Assembly: GCF_963676685.1 (NCBI RefSeq) | Contig: NC_092348.1 | Span: 9,982,001 to 10,046,000, forward strand | From: Mytilus edulis | Lineage: Eukaryota | DNA: 64,000 bases | Direction: 5' to 3' | Shown: one piece after another, positions 48,652 to 63,272 of the stretch | How positions within the stretch are numbered: the stretch's first letter is position 1 | Layout of the letters: each line of letters begins with the position of its first letter | Position numbers and translations under genes: made by a program | Notes under the pieces: generated by a model | Seen by the model: only the letters and a program-made list of their open reading frames with translations | What the model was told of the DNA's origin: nothing | Database searches by the model: none

Positions 48652-51589
48652 TTATACGCAATGCTAATTACAACAAAACACAGATCAAGTTCCAAATAAT
48701 ATGTAAAGCTGAGACTACATCTCTCGGTCTCTGATAAAGGTGTGAATACATAAGAGATTAATATACTTCTGGGCAGATCAAAACCTCTATAGACAAAAAA
48801 GAGCAATTCAAAGAATTAATATATATAGTTTCTGTAGATACTGAGTAAAACTTGGATAAATCAAGAAGAACTCAGACGCTTCAGGCACCAAAAATGACCA
48901 TTGTTAATATTGAGGCAGATGTGCCATGTAAGACACTGGCTCCTGTGTCTAAGCCACTAATTTGATTGTAACTGAATTGAAGTGTGTATAATATGACAGT
49001 TAACATTTTTAAAATTGTGCAATTGTATATATGGATTTATGACTAGTCATATGTTATGGTTTAAAATTTGTCCTTTACTAGCCTGAAATGATTTAAGATA
49101 AATATTTTATTGTTATGTAATAGTGTCATAATCAAGTAGAATTATAGATTTATAATTTATCACATTTAAAGCACTAAACTTTATAACTTACTTATGGATT
49201 TAAGACTTGTTTCCATTTTCTGACACTTCTAAAAGACCATATACAATGTACATAAATCACGGATACAAGCTGTTATAATTATCAGTTATTATATTGTCTG
49301 CCAGAATTAATGAGCTTTTCACTGTTATTAGGTAGATTTTTAATATACTTTTTGATATTTCAATCATATCTTCTCCTTTGACCATTGTCCTCTGTAAGAA
49401 TATAACAATTTTTCTTTGGTTTTATGGTACAGTTCAAATGATGAATAATTTTAGATTATTTTGATACAGATTTGGTAAAATTTTTACAGTATAATGAATG
49501 AAATATTGTTGTGATAGCATTGACTATGTTAAAAAAAAAGTTACCAAGTCTCAGGTTTGTGCATTGTGTCATTAAAGAAAAATGTTCACTTTTGGCAAAA
49601 TAATTGGCCTTAAGTGCCAACTTTTCCAGAACATATCTCAAAAGGCCACATATTTGTTCAAAATGTATCTGTTTTAAGCTCTTCTAGTTCCTAAAAACCC
49701 TTAATGTTACTATTTTTGAGAAATCCTTGCTAAACGCATCATTATTCTACATTAGGAAGTGTTGTCATAATGCATGACATTTCCTTAACAGCAGTTTTAA
49801 TAAAAAGGAAAAAATGTAAATAATGAAATAAATCTGAATGTCTAATTATTTGTGTGTGTCTTTAAACTTTGATTTTGTAACATTGTGTGGAAAATATAAA
49901 TTAACCATAATGCATCAGTGGGACAATGTCTGTATAAAAGCAGTAAACAGGGCGGGATCCAGGAATCTTGAAAGGGGGGGAGTAGGTTTTAACTTTCGCC
50001 GAGCGGAGCGATGCAAAAAAAAATTTGGGACCTTTTTTGGGCTAAAAACATAACATATAAAGTGTAAATTAATATGCACTTTTTATTAAAAAAGTTTTTA
50101 AATGGTTCCTGGCGTGGGGCATGTATATTTGGTATTTGCTGTAAAGTGTAAGGGTTGGTTATTTTCGATGCTGTGTTAGAAGACTGTAACTTGACCTATA
50201 ATGGTTTACTTATATAATTGTAAATTGGATGGAGAGTTGTCTCATTGGCACTCATACCACTTCTTCCTATATCTATAAAGAGTTGGATACAAAAATCAAA
50301 TGGAGTTAACTCCCATTGACTGTATAATCCAAATTGAAAATATCTTTTTCAAGCATAAGAGTTTCAAGGGAGGAAAAAAGGTTTGCTGTGTATTGAAAGT
50401 ATATTGGGCAGAGGGGAATGCTTGAAATTAGTTTCGAAAAAAAGGGAATAACAGATGTGATAAACATCAGGATTTTTTTTTTTAAAGTTGTATCCCTATT
50501 CTGACTATTTTTTTTTTTAATTTCTTCTGAAAAACTGGAAAACCTGTCTAGTGACTTTCAAAGTCCTTATATGACAATGATACAAGTAGTTCTGGTAGTC
50601 CTGATTTAAAAGAGAACAGCAACTTTTTTGTGTGTTAGGACTACACAAATTCTAAACTATTGAACATTATTTAAACAACTTCAACAATGTTTAAGGTGAA
50701 ATTTTACTGTGCAGTATAATTTTATAATAAACTGTTAATGGAGTTAATGTTTTAGAAATAATTTATAAGCAAACTTCAAAAAATTGCTGTACTGAACCTC
50801 TTATATATTGTCTTTAATATTTGAAAATGCCTTTCATGAATATAAAAATATATATCCAGTCCATTTCTGATTTGATTCTGTCAGTTGGTAAATTTTGCAG
50901 AATATATCCAACCTTTCATTCAAGACAGTGATTTAAAGACTCTGACCTGTTTTGTTTTTTTGTGCATTTATATTATAAGTTGTGGAGTGATTATAGAAAT
51001 ATACGTATACAGGGCTCATGAAATTATTGTTATATGCAAGGAATCCATAGCATATTAAAAACCTTTACTCAACAAACTTTTCCCACATTTTACAAAGTTC
51101 ATATTTTCTATAAGAGATATTTACAGTACTTTGGTCCACATTAAGTCATTGAATGTTATTTATGATATAATCAAATATGGGGTTGCTCTTATCCAAAGAC
51201 AATTTCTGTCTCAATTGTAATGAGTATTGTATACTTGAATTTGACAATAAAAAAATCACAGAAGTTTTTTAACATTGATTTTGACTTAAACCTGTCAAAA
51301 CAAAATTAAAAAATAGTAGTAAGTCTTCACACAAATCAGCCTGACAATAGCTAAGTCTTCTTGACACAAACAAGCAATTACACTGCTTTATCTATTAGTC
51401 TCAAACAAACAAGGCAACAATATATATATTCATTTAAACCAGCCCAAAGATATCTCATCCTGACAAAAATCTGCTTTAAAATAACTAACTCTGACATATA
51501 TTGAGATCATATACCAAATTAATCATAGCTAAATCTGAAACAAACTCACTGTTAGGGCAGCTTAATGTAAACAATCAGTTGAGAGATAT

Positions 51590-53215
51590 CTTACCCTGAC
51601 AAAAACTAGCTGAGCAAGTAAACCTCACACAAATCAGCTGAGCGATTAAACCTGACACAAACCAGCTGAGCTATTAAACCTGACACAAACCAACTGAACA
51701 ATTAAACCAGATGCAAACTAGCTGAGCAATTAAACCTGACACAAACTAGCTTAGCAATTAAACCTGACACAAACCAGCTGAGCAATTAAACCTGACACAA
51801 ACCAGCCAAAAGATAGCCTTACCTGACACAAACCAGCTGAGCGATTAAACCTGACACAAACCAGCTGAGCAATTAAACCTGACACAAACCAGCTGAGCTA
51901 TTTGAACCTGACACAAACCAGCTGAGCTATTTAAACCTGACACAAACCAGCTGAGCAATTAAACCTGACACAAACCAGCTGAGCAATTAAACCTGACACA
52001 AACCAGCTGAGCAATTAAACCTGATACAAACCAGCTGAGCAATTAAACCTGACACAAACCAGCTGAGCTATTTGAACCTGACACAAACTAGCTGAGCAAT
52101 TAAACCTGACACAAACCAGCTGAGCAATTAAACCTGACACAAACCAGCTGAGCTATTTGAACCTGACACAAACTAGCTGAGCAATTAAACCTGACACAAA
52201 CCAGCTGAGCAATTAAACCTGACACAAACCAGCCAAAGGATAGCCTTACCTGACACAAACCAGCTGAACTATAGTTTAACTTGACACAAACCAGCTGAGC
52301 AATTAAACATGATACAAACCAGCTGAGCAATTAAACCTGACACAAACCAGCTGAGCAATTAAACCTGACACAAACCAGCTGAACAATTAAACCTGATACA
52401 AACCAGCTGAGCAATTAAACCTGACACAAACCAGCTGAGCAATTAAACCTGACACAAACCAGCTAAGTAAATAAACCTGACAAACCAGCCAAAAGATAGC
52501 CTGACCTGACACAAACCAGCTGAACTATAGTTTAACTTGAGACAAACTAGCTAATTGATAACCAAATATGACATTGTTTGCCGCAGACAAACCAACTCAA
52601 AGGATTCTCTAATTTGACACTGACCAGCTCAGAGATAACTAATCTGACACAATTCAGCTGAACGATAACTAGAGCTGCTTAAAGACAAATGAACCTGACA
52701 CTAACCAGACCAAAGACAACTAAATCTGACACATACCACCCTAAAGAAAACAAGATACATGTATGACATTTTTTATCTGACACAAATCAGCTCGTTAATA
52801 ACTAAGTATGACACAAATCAGTGAAACGATAATTGAATTTGACACAAACCAGCTCAAAGATAACTAAATCTGACACAAACCAGCTCATAGATAAATAAAT
52901 CTGACAATACCCAGCTCAAATATAACTAAATCTGACACATACCAGCTCAAAGATAACTAAATATGACAAACCATCTGAAGGATAACTAAATATAACACAA
53001 ATCGTCTGAAGGATACATGAATATGACACAAATCAGTGAAAAGATAATTGAATTTGACACAAATCAGCTGAAAGATAACTAAAACTGACACAAACCTCAA
53101 AGATAACTAAATCTGACACAAATCAGCTCAAAGATAACTAAATCTGACACACACCAACTGAAAGATAACAAAATACATGTATGACAATGTTATTCTGACA
53201 CAAACCAGTACAAAA
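51590..53215. repeat. Minisatellite: 28-bp unit grading into a 31-bp unit
   Basis: AAACCTGACACAAACCAGCTGAGCAATT (28 bp) at ~51620-52480; AAAGATAACTAAATCTGACACAAACCAGCTC (31 bp) to the right. Confidence 0.92.
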
Positions 53216-53854
53216 ATAGATAAAAATCTGATAATGATAGTCTCACAAGACAATGTAGTTACATTTGACACTGTTATATATAAAAAAGAATATCTTTGTT
53301 CTTTTAATATAATGTTTCTAACATTTTTATAGTTCTTTGGACTGATTTTTAAGTCAGACTAAGAGTTGTGTCATTGGCAATCACACCACATCATAGGGAA
53401 TCTGCAAATGTTAGACTGACACAAACATGAGTCCATAAATAATTCAATGATATTTAAAACATAAAGCTCTATTTCTCATGAAATAATTTATATAACAATA
53501 GACAGCAATTAATGGCATGATGGAAATAGCAGAACAATTTATTCCTCATTCAAATACCTTACTTGTCAAGTTAATGACATTTCATTGTAATTTCTATCTA
53601 CAACATACATGATTAGTTTTCAATGTTTGTCTCTCCCTAGCAACAGAGGTTGTCCTAAACAACAGTGTACACCCATCCTTGTAGGGATTAACGTATCAAT
53701 CAGTTATTTATCACCTTTACAAGTTACTGCTGGGACAACACAAAAGAAAATTGTATCACATTTGAAAAAGATTAGTGATAAAAACAAGACTGGTTACTAC
53801 CTGACTTACTTCTGGTGATGTAAACTTCAAGTAATTTCAAACGTTATTGCTTTT

Positions 53855-53997
53855 TGACATGGACAAGGATTTATAGCAGTCAAGAGTTACTCACTGCTGT
53901 ATGACATGGACAAGGATTTATAGCAGTCAAGAGTTACTCACTGCTGTATGACATGGACAAGGATTTATAGCAGTCAAGAGTTACTTATTGCTGTATG
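53855..53997. repeat. 47-bp tandem repeat x3
   Basis: TGACATGGACAAGGATTTATAGCAGTCAAGAGTTACTCACTGCTGTA at 53855, 53902, 53949. Confidence 0.92.
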
Positions 53998-55014
53998 CAG
54001 TATGACTACTAATAACCTTTTTTAGATAGAAAATTTTTGAAGTTTTTTATGCTTGTTTGTTGTTCCTCAAGAGGCAGAAAACAAATAATAGATAAATTAA
54101 AATGAAGTACATGTATACCATAAAAAGTCAGACATTAATTCCATTTCACTTGTAACATACACATATGCTTTATTGCCAACACAGCCCCAATCATTATATT
54201 AAGTACAAACTTGCTAACTTGGATTATTTCTTTGCTTGGTTTCATGTTCTTGTCCAATTATACACTGTATTCAATGTTTTTTTAGACATTAAAAAAAGAA
54301 AATTTACAAACTTCAACACCTATATTTTTATCGTCTAGATTAAAATTCTAGTATTGATATAACTTTTATTACAATAATCAATTTTGAGTTAGAGATAGAC
54401 ATTGGGGATACATTAGAACAATATAGATATGCATTGGGAGAACATTCTTTGGTTATTTTGTCTCCTTGAAATTAAAAATCAAAAAGTATATTAGTTAGAT
54501 GTTCTCAAGACATAAGTCTGTCAGACGTCCCTATTTATTTGTTACTCCCTGCTTCTAAGAAGGGTGGATATAGTAACCCACACATGCCTGTCCAACGTAC
54601 TGTACTGCCCATCCATGACACACTCGGTTTACAGATTATAATGTAAGATTAAGGTACATTGCACAACTTGACCAAATATTTAACATATGGAACATAAAAT
54701 ACAGGTTAATTGCAATTATAAAGGGTTTGACATTAACTTTCCAAAAGTTATTCCCTCAGTAACACTGTTACTTTAATTTCCAATTCAAATTGATAATACA
54801 GTATAGATTTTAATACAGTTTTATTCTACCATGAATCAAAAGGTCAAAGTTGATTTTGATGGTTTTGACATTTACTGTTCAAGAGTTATGCCCCTTAATT
54901 GGTTTCTGGTTAGAAATGGATAACTTTTACTTTCATTTATATTGTTTGGACCTACACAGATATGTGCTTTAATGTAATCTAGCATAATTATATAACCTTT
55001 ATTGACATTGCATG

Positions 55015-55183
55015 CAGTGGCGGATTCAGCCATTTAAAAAAGGTGGGGTTCCCAACCCAGGACAAAGGGGGGGTTCCAACTATATGTTCCCATTCAAATG
55101 CATTGATCGACCAAAAAAAAGGGGGTTCCAACCCCCAGAAAAAAACCCAGAAACCCCCCCCCCCCCCCCTCGATCCGCCAATG
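55015..55183. mobile_element. hAT-like MITE with a 5-bp TSD
   Basis: CAGTGGCGGAT / ATCCGCCAATG termini; GCATG on both sides. Confidence 0.75.
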
Positions 55184-58097
55184 GCATGCATAAATGTAAA
55201 TGCTGCAGGATTTATGCACTAGACCATTGTATAACTGTAATAATAAAAACAATAATTTACCTGATTTTGCTTTCTTTTGGTTAGCTGTTTTCAACAGTCA
55301 GTTGTCATCTATTATTGAGAAAATACTTGGTCATAGTTTCATCATCTATTATTGAGTAAATCCTTGGTCATAATTTCAGCTAATACCCATTTATATATAC
55401 AACTATAGCACATTATCATAGTGTTATTCCTTTCAACATTAGCCACAGCATCCAAAAAGCTAGAAAAAAAACATTGACAAAATTTACCTACTACACTTTC
55501 CACACATTTATCAGTATAAATAAAGGTAACTTTTGGACATTCGTAGCTTAATTTTAACCCTTTCAATAGAATATCTTGTCACTAGGGTTTAGGTATTCCC
55601 AAAACATGTTCAACTATGCATGGTGCATAATAATGTGTTAGTCTAAAGGCATTAAGGCCTGAATTAAGCCCAAGAAAATAAAATGTTTGACAACTATTTC
55701 AAATTTGCACATAATGTTTAGAGATGCATAGGGTCTGAAAGAAATATAAATGAAAAACAAAGATTTTTATCTTCTGTCATCACAGTTATGTCGTAGTATG
55801 GACCATTTTCACAAAAACGATGACAAATACAGAATTTATGCAGTTTTACTCGTCATTTCCATTGTGAAAACATTGTTCGCAGCTAAGAAATAAAAAAATA
55901 ATTTAAGAGAATCTTTATTATAACTATAGAAATAATCTCCCCAAATATAAAGTTGTTTCTTGGGTGCACACATACTTATCCAATCTACATCTACATCATT
56001 CTTATAACTAATAATAAACCAGGAAAATCAAGAAACTTTACAAAACATGCAAATTTTGTCATGGTTTGTTGTCATGGTTACTGGATTAATGTGAAATGTG
56101 TTTTAATTTCCTGAATACCTTTTACCTCAGTCTAGTTTGGACAAATTTAAGAATTTGTATTATAACTTTTCAATTTTCAAATTTTTAATATTTGGGCCAA
56201 ATAAGGGCCTTATTGCCCTACTTTATTTGTAACCAAGCTATGCAGTTTTCTCATTTGAATTGTTTTACCAATTTTTCATTTGGGAGCCTTTTATATCTTA
56301 ATTACTATCCAATATGCATAATCATTGTTGAAACTGTAATCTTAAGGTTACCTATAGTTTCTAACTTTTTTGTCATTTGGTATCTTGTGGAGAGATGTCT
56401 CATTGGCTATCATACCATGTCTTCATATTTTTAAATTGTATCAATGGCAATCTTTCCAACATACACTAATGATATATATATCTCTGTGTCAATGGGTTAA
56501 CTTTGGTATTAAGAAGACATTAAATTATAAGTTTTTTTTGGATAAATTTAAGCTGTTGAAAGCTCTGTTTTCTCTGTAGATGTGCTTAAGATTTTTTTAA
56601 CTAGAGAAGTCTAAATCTTATAGATTGAACCAGATTTAACAAATATCTGAAGTGAAATTGCTCTCTTAACAAAGACAAAATTTCCACTATTTTCATTTAA
56701 ATTAAATTTTATATAAAGTGTCTTTAACTTACCTAATCATTTCAAGAATGTCCATAATTTCCATCATTGATTGGTAACAACATCAAATAATAATTCCTAC
56801 AGACGGCTGGTTATTAATTTAATTATATGCATCAACACAATCAATTAAAATAATTAATACAATTAACATTTAAATCCTAGAGTTTCCTGTATATAATTTG
56901 CTAGACCAAGAGTCAAGGTTAAATGTTTGAGTAATTGTAGATCCTCGACTGATAGCTGTAATTGATCAAGGACCAGTTGTCCAGAATATTTCAGTTATTA
57001 CTATTACATGATTAGGACCTGCTTAGTTCTTTAAATTTAGTGATCCTCTTTCACAGGCCAGTTGCTTTATTTGTAAAGATTATTTCGCTCCATAAGACAT
57101 CCAATATATTAGACAATATAAATTTTTATCCAACATTTGTTTATTCTCATAAATACGGTTTAAAATTGTCTCAGACATTGCAAAACATATAATTTAAAAA
57201 TCATTCATGTTAAGTATAGGTGGAAATGTCGTGTTATAAAGGAATTTACGCAATGGTTTTCAATTTTTAACACTAATTGAATTCACAGTGACAAATTATT
57301 GGATAAAAACATGTCGTAAAAAGGTGAAAAGAAGCAATAATACTTTTAAAAATTACGGCTATTTATGACTATCGAACTGTTATTGGACTTTCTTCTTTAG
57401 AAGACCAACTAGTGTGAAAGACGAAAAACTCATTTGATTTGGATTCAATTGAATTCATGTATTGGCGCTTCATTTGTTGTTACTATAGCAATACAGGATT
57501 AAAATCGTACATGTACACAATGAAGAAAAGATAATGTTGATGTTAAAAAATCTTGTTTATCCTGCATCTATTGGATACAGTTTAAACTTAGTTTAAACGG
57601 ACAGATTATAAAATCATTAAATTAACGACTTAAAGATGACAGTTTGATGAATCTGTTAACACGAAATTTAGAAAGATAAAACAGTTAATTATTGTTGTGG
57701 ATGGAGGCAGAAAATTAAATAACATTGTGTCTGCATTTTATCTACACCAATTTAAATGTTACATTTTGACAGTTTTTGATGGATAATAGCTGACCTTTGA
57801 CATTGTCATCAGCAATTGATTTTTACCTATGATATATACTCCGATTTTGTCTAAAAGGACATACCCAGTTTGTTAGGAATCAGAAGAGATAAATGATCTC
57901 CAAAATTTAAGTGTATTTCAGAGGATTAATCGGAACAAAAATCCGATAAATTGTATCGAACATTAACTTCCAATTTACATTCCAGTGATTTGGAGTTATG
58001 ATTTTGAATAATCAATCATAAATGTATGATAATTTCTAACAATTTGCTTACATTTAAATGTTGAAATTTGAAACGATTTAGAAAGATTGATATTGAA

Positions 58098-58175
58098 ATG
58101 GAGGATAAGTCGAAGAGGAAAGTGAGTGTTACTGGTAGACGACAGAGTATTTTGATTGTTGACAAGAACTTCAAG
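58098..58175 (+). CDS. Candidate alternative first coding exon
   Basis: GAAATGG start, MEDKSKRKVSVTGRRQSILIVDKNFK, phase-0 donor AAG|GTAAAA. Confidence 0.45.
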
Positions 58176-58309
58176 GTAAAATTTTATATAAGGAAGTGTT
58201 GTCTTTAGCATGATGCCTTTTTACCTGAATATTAAAACATTATAATTTTTTTTTTATACAAAATCTTATTCAGAGAAGCAAGATCTTTAAATTCACTTTT
58301 GACATACTG

Positions 58310-60530
58310 AGTCTGTGTAATACAACATTTCTGGAGCCACATGTGGTCTTTAACACAACATTTCTTGAGCCAGTCATGTAGTCTGTAACACAATATTTCT
58401 GGAGCCCCATGTGGTCTGTGTAATGTTACATTTCTGGAGCCCTATGTGGTCTGTGTAATGCTACATTTCTGGAGTCCCATGTGGTCTGCAACACAACATT
58501 TCTGGAGCCACGTGTGGTCTGTAACACAACATTTCTGGAGCCCCATGTGGTCTGTGTAATGTTACATTTCTGGAGCCCCATGTGGTCTGTGTAATGCTAC
58601 ATTTCTGGAGTCCCATGTGGTCTGTGTAATGCTACATTTCTGGAGCCCTATGTGGTCTGTAATGCTACATTTCTGGAGCCCCATTAGGTCTGTTTAATGC
58701 TACATTTCTGTACCACATTTAGTTGGGAAAAGACTAAATTTTTTGCATTAAATGAAGTTTGTTTAATGCTACATTTCCTTTGCCACTTGTGATCTGTGTA
58801 AAGCTACAATTCCTGTGCCTCATGTGGTCTGTGTAATGCAACACTCTTCCCGTGCCACATGTGGTTTGTGTAATGTGACATTCTTGTGCCACATGTGGTC
58901 TGTGTAGTGCTCTATTTCCTGTGGCACATGTGGTCTGTGTAATGCTTTCATTTCCTGTACCACATGTAGTCTGTGTAGTGCTTTATTTCCAGTTCCACAC
59001 ATGATATTTGTAATGCAACAATTTTCCTGTGCCACATGTGGTTTGTGTAATGCTACATTTCTTGTGCCACATATGGCCTGGGTAGTGCTTTATTTCCTGT
59101 GGCAAATGTACGATGTCTTATGCCACATTTCCTGTACCACATGTGGTCTGTGTAATGTTGCATTTCCTGTGTCACTTGTGGTCTGTATAGTTCATATTTC
59201 CTGTGGCAAATGAACTGTGTGTAATTAAACTGTGTGTAATGCTACATTTCCTGTATCTCATGTACTTTGTGTAATGCTACATTTCTGACCTCTACTACAT
59301 GTGGTCTGTGTAATGCTAAATTTCCAGTACCTCATGTTCTTTGTGTAATGCTACATTTCTTGTACCACATGTGGTCAGTGTAATGCTGCACTTCCTGTGA
59401 CACCTGTGGTTTGTGTAGTGCTTTATTTCCTGTGGCAAATGTATAGTGTGTAATGGTACAATTCATGTACCTTATGTAGTATGTGTAATGATTTATTTCT
59501 TGTTCCCCATATGATCTGTGTAATGCAACATTTTTGCTATGCCACATGTGGTAGACCCATTGGTGGCCTTCAGCTGTTGCCTTCTCCTTGGTCGGGTTGT
59601 TGTCTCTTTGGCATTTTCACCATTTCGTTTAACAATTTTATGTGTAATGCTACATTTTTATAGCACATGTGGTCTGTAATGCTACATTTCCTGTTCCACA
59701 TGTGTTCTCTATTGCTACATTTCCTGTGCTACATGTGTTCTCTGTATTGCTACATTTTCTGTACCACATGATGTCTCTATTTCAATATTTCCTGTGGCAT
59801 ATGTGGCCTGTGTAATGCTACATTTTCTATGCCACATGCTTTCTCTGTATTGCTACATATCATATTTTTTTCATTGTATTGCTACATTTCCTATGGCACA
59901 TGTGTTGTCTGTGTTGCTACATTTCCTGTACCACATGTGTTCTCTATTGCTACATTTTTTATACCACATGTGTTCTCTGTATTGCTACATTTACTGTACC
60001 ACATGTGTTCTCAATTGCTACATTTCCTGTGGCATGTGTGTTCTCTGTAATGATATGCTCCCTGTGCCACATGTGATCTCTGTATTGCTACATTTCCTGT
60101 GCGATATATGTTCTCTGTATTGCTACATTTCCTATACCACATGTATTCTCTGTATTGCTACATTTCCTGTGCCACATGTGTTCTCTGTATTGCTTCATTT
60201 CCTGTACCACATGTGTTCTTTATTGCTACATTTCCTGTGGCACGTGTGTTCTCTGTAATGATATGCTCCCTGTGCCACATGTGTTCTCTGTATTGCTATA
60301 TTTCCTATGACATATATCTGACATGTGTAATGCTACATTTCCTGTGCCACATGTGATCTCTGTATTGCTACATTTCATGTGCAACATATGTTCTGTGTAT
60401 TGTTAATTTCCATACCACATGTATTCTCTGTATTGCTACATTTCCTGTGCCACATGTGTTCTCTCTATTGCTACATTTTCTGTTCCACATGTGGTCTGTG
60501 TCATGCTATATTTCAGCTCCACATGTGGTA
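58310..60530. repeat. 35-bp minisatellite with regional subfamilies
   Basis: Unit CCACATGTGGTCTGTGTAATGCTACATTTCCTGTG and variants; interrupted at ~59552-59640. Confidence 0.92.
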
Positions 60531-62340
60531 CATAGGGTTTGAAATTTTTGCTCAATACACAAATCAAGTATTATGATTTGTTAATATTGAGTCTAAGTAT
60601 GAAAACCATGCTAAAAACAGAGAAGCCAGTACTCACATGTTTGTTCTTGCACCTCATGTAGTCTTTGCTATATTATCATTTCTGCACCTGATGTGGTGTG
60701 TGAAATAAATGTACCATAGTTCCTGCTACACATAAATTCTGTAAAATTACAATTCCTGTACCATATTTGGTCTATGTAATCAGCGACTCCTATAATGGTT
60801 TACTTTTATTAATTGTTATTTGGATTGAGAGTTGCCTCTTTGGATTTCATACCACATTTCCTACATCTATTTGATTCTTGTACCATATTTGGTCTATGTT
60901 AACTGCAATTCCTATTTTCTTCAATGCACAAATGAAGCAATGTTGATTTTTTCAAAACTAGTGCACCATGGGTCCCTATTGGACTTGATGTGATTTGAAA
61001 CTTTTGATCGCTGTAATAAATGAAGGCCTAACTGTTACTTTATGATACGAACAGCAATTAAAGAACTATCTTTTGTTTTATCATGTGTTTGTAGGGATTA
61101 TATATCTATTTTGAATTATTTTGGGGAATATTTTTTTTTTTTAATTTTACAAAAACTTAAAATTGCTAAACTTTATAAATGTTGGGAGAAATTTCTTGAT
61201 TAGGTAGGTTCTTGGTGGATGAGTGGTCTCTGTAGTCATCACTAGTATAAACTTTTCTCAGGTCACACAAGATAGAAACATGAAATGGTATATATTATTG
61301 TTCAGGGGCCAGCTACAAGATTTTGTTGTTGTGTTGAAGACCCATGGGCGCCCTTGTTTTGTTTTTGCTTTTTAGTTGAGTTGTTGTCTCTTTGACACAT
61401 TCCTCTTTTCCATTCTCTATTCTAACAATAGTCTGTCAGCAATGGGATCGGGATTGGGATTCTGAACACTACTCAATGCATGTGGGTTCTGCTTCTTTCT
61501 TAAGTGACATGCTGAAGGTAAGTGGTTTTATTCTGGTACTCTAGGTTCCTCAGCCAATAAAAAGTGGCTTCTAAAGATCTAGCAACAGGAGTGCTGAAAG
61601 TGGTGTGGAACACCTGATAATCATCTAATTAATCCTGTAAATCCTTACAGTTTTTGTGTAGAACCTTTATTTATATTGTACAACAGTTGTGCATATACCT
61701 AACATGGAGAAAGGATACATATATATATATATTTAATATCCAATTGTTGAACTTTGTCTTATTATGGGAGGTGAGTGGAGTTTAATGTCTAAATTTTTAG
61801 CAAACAGTGTTCCAGACCAATATATTTGCAGCACTCAATCAGTAAAATTAAAACAAAAGGGGAAATTAAAATAGTATACCAACAATCAAGCAATCAACCT
61901 TCACCTCCATTACATGTAGATTTGTGTTTTATGGAAGTTTAGATAAACTTCAGCATCCCTTATTATGTAACACTCCTCTACCTATTGGGTACACATAATC
62001 CTCTGTGAGGTTGTGCACATTGTTCATTGTTAAAAAAATAATGTGTTGGATATAATCTCCCCTTGCCAATCCAGCATACAATCTTTTATAATATTGATAC
62101 TAAAATACAATGACTTGGTTGTTTTCTTATAAAACATCTATTGTACACAATGTTTTTAAATTAAAAAATTGGAGTGAAAATTAAATAATGTGTTCTTATA
62201 TTTCTCTTTCAATCATATGAAATGAAATTTTTCACTTAAAGAAACATGCTTGATTCATTTCTTTGTGAATGAGTTTTAAATATTTCAATTTCACTGTTGT
62301 TTTCGAGATCTCAGTTGTAAAAAAAGAAAAAAAGTAAAAA

Positions 62341-62382
62341 ATGGATACTTGGGAATCATCGTATCATTCACATAAATCTCAA
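62341..62382 (+). CDS. Candidate alternative first coding exon
   Basis: AAAATGG start, MDTWESSYHSHKSQ, perfect phase-0 donor CAA|GTAAGT. Confidence 0.4.
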
Positions 62383-63016
62383 GTAAGTCGATGTTGATTT
62401 AAATTTTATTCAAAGTCATAAAGAGTTTTTGATTTAAATTTCGAACTTGTCTAACATGAACTTTATTTTATTTATTAGATGATAAATCTTATTTTGATAT
62501 GAGAAAGTATTGAGAAATGTGAGGAGTCAAAGTAATAAATTCATAGCCATGAAACACTGTAACATAAGTACATGTCCACTGAATAATTTGTTCCAACATG
62601 TTTGTCCATTTCATTTGCTTCCTGAAAAAAACAGAAATTGAAAACTTTTTTAAGGGTTATTATTCTTATATTTCATGCAAGGAGGTATTTGGGTCATAGA
62701 AACACATAATTTATGTTTTGTTCATCATTAAAATCTATTTAAATTGTTTTCAAATGTGTGCATAGCCTTCTATGAGTTACAATTAAGTGAAAAAAGGGAG
62801 ACAATCATTATAACTTGCATAAGGAAAAATGACACAAATGTCCTTCCTTCAATTCAGCAGTCAAAAGAGTCGTGCATCTCCTGATTCAACCTCCCATCCA
62901 TTTGTCCCAATATCCAATAACCAATAAATATTTGGCCATATACAAATCAACTAGCTATATGTTTGTATCATGCCAAAACAGTCATGGGATAATAAGACAT
63001 CCTTAGTGGTTATAAA

Positions 63017-63272
63017 GGCCTTGGTGGCCGCTTGGTCTAGTAGTTACCACTGTAATCACTAGCCAGTCTGCACTGAGGTTGTGAGTTCAAACCCTACTTA
63101 TGCGGATGCACTGGACTCCAACCTTAATTGAATCTGGTTGTCAGTTTTCCTATGACAGGTTGTGGTATTCTCCAGGAACTCCAGCTTACTCCAACAATAA
63201 AAACCGTATGCCACAAAATAGCCCAAAAGCTGTGCTTATAAGTGGCGTTAAAACATAGAAAATCAAATCAAA
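63017..63272 (+). mobile_element. tRNA-derived SINE with a V-domain-like core
   Basis: A box TGGCCGCTTGG (63025), B box GAGTTCAAACC (63083), GGTATTCTCCAGGAACTCCAGCTTACTCC core, AAGTGGCGTTAAAAC..(AAATC)n tail. More decayed copy at ~61425-61630. Confidence 0.75.

Noticed and set aside
48894-48927. ATG mini-exon MTIVNIEADVP with a GTAAGA donor
   Set aside because: Phase 1, incompatible with the phase-0 exon set; too short to distinguish from chance.
58820-60576. Cys/His-rich ORFs resembling zinc fingers or metallothionein
   Set aside because: Translations of the 35-bp minisatellite in several frames; the unit length is not a multiple of three.
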